From NCBI GenBank assembly GCA_004431415.1, contig QPMI01000046.1, positions 89,815 to 153,814 on the forward strand: a DNA stretch of 64,000 nt. Reading direction: 5' to 3'. A program made the position numbers and the translations under genes. Under the pieces are notes generated by a model that did no database searches, was not told the DNA's origin, and saw only the letters and a program-made list of their open reading frames with translations. Shown here piece after piece: positions 36,481-48,700 of the stretch (positions are counted from its first letter, which is position 1; every line of letters starts with the position of its first letter). Source of the stretch: Cyanophora paradoxa CCMP329. Lineage: Eukaryota; Plantae; Glaucophyta.

Positions 36481-36832
36481 CCCCCACAGTGCTGGAGTAG
36501 ACTAGAGGCTGTGCACGTGGCCGGTAATTCACCAAAAAAAAATGATATGATTATTGCAAGTGGGGGTCAGCTGCTCAAACCACTATTAAGCTTGCTACCC
36601 GTCGGATTGTACTTTTTTTTGAATTGTCTGTCCTTTAAATTTTGTCAGGCTTTTGTACATGTCCAAGTCGGCCAGTTCGCAACACGGACTTTTTCCCGTC
36701 GTCGAATCGACATGTTTTTGAAGTACCCCGCGGCCGGCCCGGCCGGCGCCGCAGCGCAGCTCCTAGCTATAGCTATATTTTTTTTTTTGGTGAATTACCG
36801 GCCACAGTCTCTAGACACCAGCACTGCGGGGG
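36481..36832. mobile_element. MITE (about 350 bp) with about 55-bp TIRs
   Basis: CCCCCACAGTGCTGG...GTGGCCGGTAATTCACCAAAAAAA versus TTTTTTTGGTGAATTACCGGCCACAGTCTCTAGACACCAGCACTGCGGGGG. Confidence 0.75.
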
Positions 36833-38002
36833 CTGCCCAGGGGGCATAGAGACAAAATAGCAAAATAACTAAGACAAGAGCACGAAGAGCTATAGGCTAT
36901 AGGCTATAGCCTATAGCCGCGCATTAATATTGTCAGTTCGTGGCATGCAATCGAGCCTGCGCGCGCGGCGGCAAACCGGCGAGGCTTATAGCTAGCTAGC
37001 GGCGAGTAGGCGAGTGGCGAGCGAGCGGCCGCGGCCCGCGGGCCGCTTGACGTGCTGCTCACCGACCCGCCTCCCGCGGCCCCTAGGTCTGCGCCGCGCG
37101 CCGAGGCCTAGGCATCTTTCGTCGCGAATTCGAAGGCCGCGCCGGAACTGCGCGCTGCTGACCGACTTCGTGCTGCTGCGCGGGTCCGGCCGCGGATGGC
37201 GCCACGTGCACGGATCACGGGGCGGTGCGAAGCGCGCGCGGCGTGCGACGGGGCGCGGCAGACAGCGGCGCAGCTGCTTCGGGCGGCTGCGCATGCGCGG
37301 ATCGCTGGGCCCGGCAGCGGGCGAGGCGGAGGCGGAGGCGCGGCGGGCGGCTGCACGGCTCGAGCTCGGCGGGCGGCGGAGCGGAGGCGCGGTGGGCAGC
37401 CGCTGAGCTGCGCAGCTCGGCGGGCGGGCCGAGGCGCGGCTCGCTGGGCGGGCGGCGGCGCGGCTCGCCGGACCGTCGGACGGGGCGGAGGCGCGGCGGG
37501 CGGCGGCGCGGCTCGCCGGGCGCGGTGGATCGGAGGCCTGAGGCGCGGCGGGCGGCTGTGGGGCCCGCCGAGCGCGGCGGAGACGCGCGCGGCCGGGGAC
37601 TCGCCGCGCGCCGGCGCCGGGCAGGACGGCCCGGCGGATCCCGGAGGCGCGGCGGGCGGCGGCAGGGCTCGCCAGGCGGGGCGCGCGGAGGCACTAGCGT
37701 CGGAGGTGCCACGCATGCACGGTGCGACTCGTGCGAGCTGCCAGGCTGTTCCAACTTCCAAGTCGCGATCATCGGATCGAGTCTAGAATGATCTACCGGT
37801 AGATCCGATGATCCCGCGGCCCAGGCCTATATATGGCCTACGCACTGCCAGCAGTGCCAGGCTGCGGCAATGCAGCGGCATATATACTATGATAGCGAGC
37901 GCTACTAGGCTAGTTGCAGGACGAACAGATCATGAGATAGCTTTAAATGGATACTAGACTATTACTAGTACTGTACATGTTCATTTACCCCGGTAGCTAT
38001 GC

Positions 38003-38469
38003 GAAATATATATGACATCCCCAAATTATGTCGGCATGAAAGTTTCAGGCTTGTATGGGGCGGTAAAATTGGGGGGTACTGTCTGGGGTGGCTTAGTGAG
38101 CCCGTATTAATTATGAGTCATTTATGACGTCCCCAAATTATGTCGACGTCGTTTTGTCCCGTCCGAGGCGACATAATTTCGGGACGACATAATAAAGTAG
38201 TGTGCACGTGAGGGCTTTATAATTTTAAGAGCCCGGCGCGTGCCGCAGACTAAGGCCCGCAGTGCGTGTTGAGAGGCCTAGGGATTTTGTCATTCCCCTG
38301 TACTTCATTATGTCATCCCCAAATTATGTCGCCGAAAACTTGACATGACGACATAATTTGAGGACGACATAGTAGGGCGTGCTTAGTGCTACCGTAGTAC
38401 CCCCTCAATTTACCGCCCCATACAAGCCTGAAAATTTCATGCCGACATAATTTGGGGACGTCATATTTC
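38003..38469. mobile_element. Fold-back/MITE with about 75-bp inverted arms and reiterated CCCAAATTATGTCG motifs
   Basis: 38003-38079 is the reverse complement of about 38395-38469; the motif also recurs internally in both orientations. Confidence 0.75.
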
Positions 38470-38749
38470 TCATAGAGAAGGGTCCGGATTTCAAACGACA
38501 TAAATTTGACCGTCATATTTTCCTGGATTACGGTATACGTGCACTCTTAAAAAACAATTTGATTAAAAAAAACAAATTTTCTCTGCGGCTGGTCATGATT
38601 CGTCGCTTTCCGGCCCTCCGATTGGCTGAAAGACTGGGAGTCTGGGACTAGTACTAGTCTATTCAATCATGAGGCTATCGCCCGCCGCGCGCGGCGGCCA
38701 CGCGCCGCGGCGGCGCCAGCCGCCGCGGCCGTTGCAAATGACGTTATTT

Positions 38750-38884
38750 TGCCGCAGAGTGACGTCAAAGCGTTGCATTTCAAGCTCTTCATGAATGTTA
38801 AGGCTAAGATTCCTCCTTGCGAAGACGTCAACTTGTCGCAGAGTGACGTCAAAGCGTTGCATTTCAAGCTCTTCATGAATGTTT
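38750..38884 (+). repeat. About 50-bp direct repeat, two copies
   Basis: CGCAGAGTGACGTCAAAGCGTTGCATTTCAAGCTCTTCATGAATGTT at about 38753 and about 38837. Confidence 0.85.
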
Positions 38885-39785
38885 AGATTTCGTGTTGCGA
38901 AGAAGCCTTTCAGTCGGGGCGTCAAAACACAAGTTCGACTCCGGAAAGCTCCCTATGCACACGGACCCAAAGCGTCTCGGCGAGTCCACGCCGACTCCAC
39001 GCCGAGTCCACGGCGACCACTGCAGCTGGGACCGAAGGGCTCGCGACTCGCGAGTCGCGATCGAAGGTAAATTAAATGTGTACAATTGCTTTTATCTATT
39101 TAAATGTGTACAATTGCTTTTTAAATTAGTATACGTAATTATAATGTTATAGACATTTGGTACTGGTTAACCAAATTACTAGTTGAAACTTTTAATTAGA
39201 AATCACCAGCCTGGATCATGGAAGGCCGGCCCTGGATGCCTGGCCGGCACTGCGTCACTGCGGCACTGGCCCAGTGGATGCCCAGTGCGCATGCCCACTA
39301 TAGTATAGCTAGTACTGGGCCACTGCCCACTGGGCCAGTGCCCACTGTGACTGGGCCACGCCGGGGCCGGGGCCAGCCTAGGCAGTGCGCACCAGACTGG
39401 CATGCTTCAGGACTCAGGAGTCAGCCTGGGACTCACTGAGTCAGGACTCCGGGAGTCAGGACCCCGGGCCCGGGGGGTACCGGGTACTACCGGCGCGGTT
39501 TACGTACTACCAGCTGCAGTACTGCAGTACTACCGTACCTAGCCTAGCGCTAGCCTATCGATATATACTATAGTAGTAGCCGACTCGGCGGCGACGCCGG
39601 CCCGACGGTCCCTGCAGCTCGCGGGCGGAACTTCGCTCAGCGACTACAGTATCGACATCAGCGCTTACTCGGTGACTGCATCAGCTGCAGCAGTACTAGT
39701 GCAGCTGCCGCAGTGCAGCTGTAGGCTGTCGGGCCCGCGTGCGTTGGAGTGCGCGCGGCTTGATCGGCGGAGGACTCTCACGTCC

Positions 39786-42700
39786 ATGGCGGGCGCGCCC
39801 GGCTCCTGCCGGCGCGTGGTCGCCGGCCGGCCGCGGCCCAGCAGCTGCAGCCTGGCCTCGACCATCCTGGCGATATTCGTCGCGTCTGCGTTTGTCCTCT
39901 CCGCCGTGCACGCGGTGATCATGAACCCCCGCGAAGCTGGAGACATGGGTCCCGTGTGCGTCCTAGGCCTCTTCTGGATCATGATCATGCGCTTGCGAAG
40001 ATAGCTATAGGCGCGCGCAATATCTTATCTCGTAGCTAAGACTTCGCCGCTCTCTCCAGCGGCGTCCAGGGCCGCCCCGGAAAACGCTTTTCCGACGGTG
40101 CGGTCGGCGACAAGCCCATCCTCTCGACGTACGTCAAGGGCGACGGCACAAGGGGCAGCGGCGGCTTGCCGCTACCCAGGGCTTGGGACGGCAGCCAGAT
40201 CAGAAATGATTCAGTCACGAAGACCCCTTACATCCGTGCGCCACGCTCTTGATGCATGCACATGCATGCATAGCATTCACGGCTAATGTGGGCGATGCTC
40301 AACAGACATCCAGAGAATCGGCAACTGGTGGGACCCGCCGGGAGTAGAGTCCGGCAAATCATCGCAAGGGTTCTCGTCGGTCAACTGCTGGCCTGTGGGC
40401 GACACGACGACCGATCACCCGGCCCCCAACAGCAATACTGGCGGCGGAAGGTTCGGCGGTCGTGGACCGATGAGTACGTGTTCAATGCAATGCAATGCGC
40501 AATGCAATTAATTCTGCAATTGCAATTGTTTCTGAACTTTCGATTTCGTTGTGGCTCTGTTATCAGGGGAATGGTACTGGTGGTGCGTATTGTTTAAATT
40601 TTGCGGTGGAATAAATGAAGATATATGTATGTGCATATATAATCAATTCATTGACTCACTGCGATCAGCCACAAGTACATGAACACACCGATGAAAGCCA
40701 CATCCGTTTACTTCACGTTGAGCATCTTTTAACGCTTACTTAGGATACCTTTTATCCTGAAATTTAGCCTGCAGCACGTTCCACCCTGACACCTACCAAA
40801 ATTTCCCTGATATCGGAACGAATACCGGCTACGTTAATACCGCTTTCACTCACACTTACAGTGTATGTCTGGCTTTACACGTTTTGCGACACCGCCTGAC
40901 AGTCAACAGGTGGAATTCGTGCGGTCGAATAAGGGCGACTCGACAACCTATCCTGTTGGCTCGGTGTCTCGAATTAAGGATGTTCTGAACAACCCGTCTC
41001 CGGACAGGAACACGTTTGCATGGAAATGGCCTGAAGATGACGTGCGTTCTGCGTATTCTAGATCTGCGTATTGTTGTGATGAATTAATTTCTTGAAAATC
41101 GCAGACCCGCGTTGGGACATTCGATCTCATCGCCACGTGTGGAAATGTGACCATCACCAATACTGATATAGGTTCACGAGCTCTGTGTATGGATGTATTT
41201 GTGGTCGATGTGCCCTGCTCATAGTTGCATATGCGGCGATTCGTTCAGATCCTGTAACGAAAACGATTGACGCATACGTCCAGTGTGCGAAGCCCATCGT
41301 TCTCAACTACGCGGTGCGTTTTGCAAGATTTTCGAAGGATCATGTTTCTGATAATCTAATATCTGAGCAGTGGTGTCTCAAGTGCGCTCTGATCGTTTGA
41401 TGATGTTGGACGATCGTATCTTTTGTAATGCAATTGATAACATTGGGTCCTCATGATTGCACCGCAGAATCAAGCGGGTTGACAAACCCGGAGGTGAGCC
41501 CCACTGCGCATGCGCTGTATATGCCTGGTAGGATGCAATCAGATGCTGATGCAATCGCCCGGACGTTCGCGTGCCACGACGTTAGCGCGCTTCTCGGTAA
41601 TCTTTTATGTTCACTTTCAAAACATCAACTACAAACAAACTCCTCACTTTTTTCGATCAGATGACGTCTTTGTTCGACCCAACGTGGTATCGTCTCTTCT
41701 CTCCTAGCCGTTTGGATATGATGGGGTCCCTCTCTCGCACTCGTCAACACTACCTTGGGTGTGTGTTGGAATTTGATTTTCTGCAGTTTAATCTTGACTG
41801 TCAATTTAGATTCCGCGAGCCGTATGAAGTGAAGAGGTCCACAGCCCTTGCCACGTGGACCGCAACGATCGGGGCGGAGCTCACAAGAGCGGGCGGAAAA
41901 TCGGGAAAAGAAGCAGGAGGTGGCTCGGTAAGTCCTAGGCCTTGCGCGAAACCGATCTGATCGACTTCTCACTTCGCCGCGCCAGTTTCCTCGTTGGCTT
42001 GGTGCTCAGTTTTGATGCTCCATGCTAGATTCTTATGCGCATATGCACCCGCACATACGACGCTTGCAAAATTGACTCGATTCCCGATTCGCTTCGCTGT
42101 TGTCCAGGCCATTCGCTTGGGTGCGGCTGTGCTGAGACTCGTATTCTTTGATCCTCGAGCTCTGACGCGCTCTCCACAGCGAGCTGCAGTACTCGTACAA
42201 CTTCAAGGACTACCAGGCGATCCAAGACCTCGACGAGAACTACAACTGGGATAAAATGCTCCTTCCCCTCAGTACTTCTCAGACCTGGAATACCGAAGAA
42301 AGGTACATAGTCAGTTCATGTTTATGCTGAGACAGTAGGTGCTGTGCGCGTTCCTGGGCTGAATCGTTCGAGGAAAGATTGTGCGTCAACGACCAGAACT
42401 CCGAGTATCGGTGAGTGCCTGGCGGTGACCCTTTTTAGCAATATAGCATGTACCCGAGTACCTGAATGAGCTCGAACAGACCCCTCTTCGAGATCCGCGG
42501 CCACATGGGTCTGAGGATCTGGTTCTGCTCTTGAAGCGAACAATTTCTGTTTCTCATATCCGATTACGCAGCTGTCAACGAAGAAAACCGCCCGCGTGGC
42601 GCCTACCCTCTCCCATGGGACTTCTATCTCCCAGACTTCGCGAGGGGGCTCTACAACCACACCGACTACTTGGTCATCGGGAAACACATCATGACAGCCA

Positions 42701-45700
42701 TCAACGCCCGCACGGGCTCGCTCGGCAGCAGCGGGCCGATCCCCGACGACATCCCTGTTGGCTGGACTCGCCAGCGCCGCGCGGCGCACGGCCTCTTCGT
42801 AGACATCGACAAGGATGGGGTGAGTGGGCTCTTTTTTATTTTGAATGTCCTCCTGATATTGATGACTCGCGCGACACGCGATCGTCCACTGTGCAGTGGA
42901 ATACGTGGCCAGGTGGGCGGCGCGCCGTCAACTCTGATAAGCCCTGTCTGATGCGTCTGCGCGCAGTGTGGGACGACTACATCGAGGCGGTGGACCCCCA
43001 AGCGGACGGCACGTGCTCGAAGAATGGGACCGGGTGCAGGACGGGAAGGTGCGCACTTAGTGAGAGAGCCACTTTAATTGAATTTCCTCTCCTCACTCTC
43101 TGTCAGGCAAATGGCCTACTGCGGCGTACGAACTCTGTTTTTTAAAAAGTGCACTCGATGTTCTTTGCCAGCTTCTGATCCTATCATTACATGCAATTTT
43201 TCGTTGCCCGTACCAGGATTTTATCGTGCGCGAGTATATCCGCGGTCGCGACCGCATTTGATTTCTACAACTACTGACTGTCCATACCAATCGCAGACGC
43301 AAGGGATTCCGATCGAAGGTTGGGGGACAACTTACAGGGGGGGGTCAGCGAAGGTTAATCTACTCGGCCCGTATTTGGTTCGTTCAAGGCGTCGAATTCG
43401 AATGCAAAGCCCCTAAGGTTTCTCAGGATACCACTGCTGGCGGCAACAATGTGGTCGCCTACAAGAGTCCGAAGTCCGGAATCAGGAATGTGACGGTGGA
43501 AAACGACGGGATAACGGTCGTGCACGTCATCCCCGGTACCCCCGACGGCATCAACCCCGATGGAGGCGTCGGCTACTTGACGCACATACACACGTGCCTA
43601 CTTTTTAATACGTATACCCTGCAGCTGCGATGCACGCTCTTAAACCCCGCAGCTATTTCTTCCGCGAAGACGGCGACAACTTCGAGATTTACATCGATTA
43701 CACCATCGTGTAAGTAATGCGTCTTCCTGCACACGCACGCAATGCGAATGAAAGGTCTTTCTAACAACTGAATGAATGTGCTCAGAAATGATAACCCGAA
43801 GAACTGGGGCGTCGAAAAAGGTAATACATTCGAGTTTTGGTTGTGCAAAGAAAATGGAACCAACCGCGGCCCCTGTAGTGAACTACTACATTCGTCAGAT
43901 CGACCCGGACATCGACCAGCAAAAAGGTACTATTGTTTATACTCTTTTAACGACGCGACTTCCGTGAGGCTGCACCAGGAACTCTGGCTGGTATTAACAA
44001 CACGGCGCAAATCCCTGCCGGGCTCGATCGCGGCGACTCCAGATACATCCACTGGGGCCCGTCGCGGTTTGTTTGTTCAACTTCAGATTATTCTCTTCAT
44101 GCTTTATTGCGCTATCGTTTCCGCTGTATTCAAATCACTACAGGCAAGCGTACGATGCCAACATGGCGGATGTGTCGTCCGGAGTTTTCGAGGGCGTAGA
44201 CTTCTCGAAACCAGAGGACAAAGGCAATTGGTTCATCAACCCGAACTCGAAGACCACTCCATCTAAGCGCGGTAAGGAGATTTATTGCAACTTTCGCAAA
44301 ACGGTGACACGCAAAACGCATTTCGTCCTCTGCTTTTGTAGAAATGCACGGTATGTATGCTTTCTTTGATCCACGGTGCTCTTGATCATGATCTAGCAAG
44401 CTCACTCGTTGCATCATCCAGTCACCAAGAACAAGGTTTACAGACAGCCGAGCAACGAAAACAACCCCAACGGCCAGGGCACGATTGCAGCGATTGGTGC
44501 CAAGGGCCTCCTCTTCGGTGCGCCTGCCAATGTTCCGGAATGAGAAAGCGGACGAGAAGCGAACCCACCTGACCACTCCCCGTCCACGCGCAGAGCGCTG
44601 TTTCGTTGGGTGCGCTTGCTGTTGGTTGTGATCAGCAAATTCATAGTTCTGAACTCGAGCAGGCTCGCCCACGACGAAGGCCAGCAGGGGTCGCACAACG
44701 CTAAGGCGCAGGTTGGACTGGGCTTCAGTCCAGACACGGGCGTTTCAGGTGAAATTCTTCCTGACCCCACCCTGACGAAGCTCGAGGAAGCGAAAACGGC
44801 GATCGGATACGAGAACATCGCAAACGATCTCCTCACTCTTTGGCTCGACTGGAGGAAGCGGCACGCTGCGTACCTCGTCCCCAAGGACGGGCTGTCAATC
44901 CAGTTCGCCTATGTCTTCACTGAGGGGCGATTGCAAAACTGGACCGACTTCCAGCGCTGGCACGCGCCGAAGCCGGAGCCCATCGGCCTCGACTACATGG
45001 TCAGGTGGAAGAATCCGAACGGCTCCAACCCTGAGGAGCGTCTCACGCCGTACGGCTACAACATTCTCGTCATTCTGGTGAGTTGTTTTCCTTCTTCCGA
45101 TGAACATGAGTTCCGTGCCAGCAAGTTGACAAACATATTTCAATTACAGCTGAAAACGTCTCCTGCTCCTGTGCAAATACCTGGATCGGATCCTCCGCAG
45201 TACGCCGACCTGACAGCAGTCCAAGACCACGAACGCGTAACACACGTGGTGAAGAACATCGCGAACACGACCGAGTCGTTGGACCTGATGACTTTGGAGC
45301 CGCTGCCCTTCTACTGGATGTGCATTAAAGACCGCGTCTACCGGATCCTCCTCCGCGCCATGAACAGATTTGGTGAGGACCTTCACGTAGTTGAATGCGC
45401 ACTCGTGATCACAGCGATCACACGCGTACGCGCTTTGCGCAGGGGGCTATCGCGAAAGCAGCAGGGATTTCAAAGCGCAGAACTGCACCGGTTCTCCGCC
45501 AGTGCCGCCTCCGGATCCAACGCCTCCCCCCGCCCCAACCATTCAAGCCCAGATCAAGGTTGGTCGAAGCGTTTACGCATTCCCTTTCTGAAGAAGACGC
45601 ACGTCGTAGGAGTCTCACGCGCGCACGCTTGCAGGCGGAGGTCTCGCCTCCGCCGGGGGACAGCCTGAACATTTGCGAGAAGCAGACGGTCGTCATCCGC

Positions 45701-48700
45701 TGCAACTCCTCGTCCGCAACCTACCCGGGGTACGTGGAGAAGGCCAGCCAGAAGTGGTATGACCGCCGGAGCGGCTTGATCAACGACCTTACCCTGTGCG
45801 CACCCGTGAATGATTCCGGTCCAGATGCTGATGAGTATCCCTAACGGTGCAAATGAACGATTGCGCAGGTATCAAAACAAAGAAATTTCCTCGCCTCCTT
45901 CGTTCTACCAGGCGACCGCCAGCAATGATAATACTCTGACCTTGACCCCCGAGTACCTCAAGACCATCAAGTACTCGCTGAGTAAGTGGTTGTGTTGCTT
46001 TAAACCTTTTCATCTTTCCGGCGCTCACCGGTGACCCCGATAATCTTCTGCAGACACGAATTACTACATTGTGCGCGATTTACTTCGATATTATTCAATT
46101 TTGTTAAAACATTTTTCGATATTAAATTATGGCCACTCTGCAGGGCTGCGAAGCCCAAGCGGTCGATCCTGAGAGCGCTGGAGACACGATTTACTCCAAC
46201 TTTCCTGAAGCGACTGTTCGCTTCATCGGCCCGCCGGCTTCGAGGAACCCAGGAACTTGCACCGTTTCGCCGACTTCGGCCATCTTCCAGGAGGCGACCT
46301 TCACAGTGACGTGTTCAAACTGGCAGCCACCATTCAACGCGGCAAACGCGCTTCCGCTCACCTACGCGCTCAAGGTGCAAGCGAGTTTTTGCGCAAGGTA
46401 GTTTTCGAAAACTGCAACATCTGACGAATCGCACTTTGCAGCTGAATGCGACGGGCGAGGTTCTTGTGCCGGCTGGCTCTAGCAGCACTATGACCCCTTC
46501 ATACGTCTTCCCGGCCGGCAATCACGGCCTCGTCGTGACAATCTGCTCCAACAACGACTGCGGATGCTCCGGTACGATCTCGCATTGAATTCGCCGCTTT
46601 CCTTGTCGCTGAGCCGTGCTCAACTCGTGCGCAGACGTTCCGCTTAAGATCTCCGTCAAGCCGAAGCTCTCAGTGAAAGTCGAGGTGCCGCAGCGATGTC
46701 GATGGCTGGGCGCTGCTCGGGGCACTGGAGGTTGACGTTCCACAGGTGGAGGTATCGCCCCCGCCGGGAACCCCGGACACTGCATGCCTCAAGCAAACCA
46801 TCGTCGCCCGCTGCACCTCCTCGGCCACCGGCTACGAGACCTACCCCACCCTGGCCATACAGACGTGGTCTGCTCCGAATGGCGAGTCGATCCTGGCGAA
46901 CCTGAACAGCTCCCCGTGCGAAATCGCCGTGCTCTAGATAATAAGCTCGAATTCATTTGCGTCTGGCGCAGTTACTTCAAGGCAGTCTCGAAGGTCGATG
47001 ATTCCCTGACCTTCACGCCGGATCTTCGCCCTGCCTTTGCTATCAGTGAGCCCAACGATTCTCTTCTCGTTTGTCGAAGACCCTAAGCGTGCATTGTCTT
47101 TTGGCGCAATGTTTCTGCAGACACGAACTACGTTATTGTCAGTTCTTCCTCCGCCGTTTTTCTTCTGCGCACAGTTTAATATGCATTTTTCGTATAATTT
47201 GCAGCGCTGCTCTGCAACCGCGGACGACCCTACGAACCCGGGCACTCTCCTCGCGGCGGTAACCGACCAGGCCACTATCCGGCTGATCGGCGCGCCTGAG
47301 ACCTCGCCTGCTGGCCGGGGAACCTGCACGCTTGAGACGATCGTGGGCTTGTATCCTGAAACGCGCTACAAAGTCACGTGCTCGGGCTGGAGCGCCCCGT
47401 TCAACGTCGAGAAGGCGCTCCCGCTCACGTACTCCCTAAAGGTTAGCAGCTCTTGAGTCGGACGCCTTGCTCCGCGAAGCTGCGTCTGACCGCAGGCTTT
47501 GCAGCTGAAAGACAAGGTCCTGGTGGCGCCCTCGACGACGGCGGAAATGATCACCGCCGACGTCCCGTTGGGAACGCACACGCTCGTCGCGACCATCTGC
47601 TCGCCCAACGAGTGCGGCTGCTCCGGTGCGTGGGATGCTGTAAAAGCCGTGACGAGTCAGATTTTGAAGCCGAGATCCCCCGTTCTTTCGCAGAATTTGC
47701 GCTCCCGCCCGTGGTTGTCAAGGCCATTTTCAACGTTAAGGTCCAGGTACTCAACTTTTTGTTTCGGCATATAGAGCTGCATGGGCGGATCGCCGACTGG
47801 GCGTGCACAGGTCGAGGTCTTCCCGCCGCCAGGAACGTCCGAGAGCGTCTGCTACAAGCAGACCTACGTCGCCCGCTGCCTCTCATCCGCCATCGGCTAC
47901 CCCAACTACCAGAACCTCGCGATCCAGCGCTGGTCCGCGCCGAACGGCGAGCCGATACTGGCGAATCTCAACACTTCCCCGTGCGTGTTCGATTCGAAAC
48001 TGAATGAATTTGACCTGACCCGTTTCGAATACTTGACAGGTACTTCAATGCGTCTTCAAAGGTCAATGATTCCCTGACCTTCACGCCGGAACTCCGCCCT
48101 GCCTTCGAGTACAGTGAGTGCTGAGCTTTTCTCGGAATCTCCACGTGCTTCCTTGCTTGACTTTTCTTCTGCAGACAAAATATACAAGCTTGTCAGCCAT
48201 TTGTATGTGATCTGTTCGACTGTATCTAAACTCGAGCCGCCCTTCGCAGAAATGCTACGCGACGGCGCCCGACCCTGAAGATCCCAGCGTCGAGCTCCCC
48301 TCGGTGGCCGACGAGGCCACGGTTCAGCTCATCGGCCCGCCGGCGTCTCAGAACCCCGGCACCTGCGCGATCTCGCCGACGGAGGGCACGTTCATCGCGA
48401 CGACCTTCACCGTGTCGTGCCCCGGCTGGACCCCACCCTTCAACCTGGGGAAGGCCCTTCCGCTCACCTACTCGCTCGTGTGGTCCAAGGCGCGCTCCAC
48501 CCCTTCAGCTTCGAGGCGAATTCGAATGCGCCATCCACATCTTATCGATTGCCGCGCAGTCGCCATCGGAGATTCTGGTCCGGCCCCAACTCAACAGCGT
48601 CATGACCGTCCCCCCGATTCAAGTCGGCGAGCACACCGTCACCGCTGTCATCTGCTCGAACAACACTTGCGGGTGCTCTGGTGCGGATTACATGCCCGCT

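Noticed and set aside
36992-37791. Overlapping Arg/Ala/Pro-rich ORFs here and opposite real genes throughout the window
   Set aside because: Shadow ORFs caused by stop-codon scarcity at very high GC; no domain motifs.
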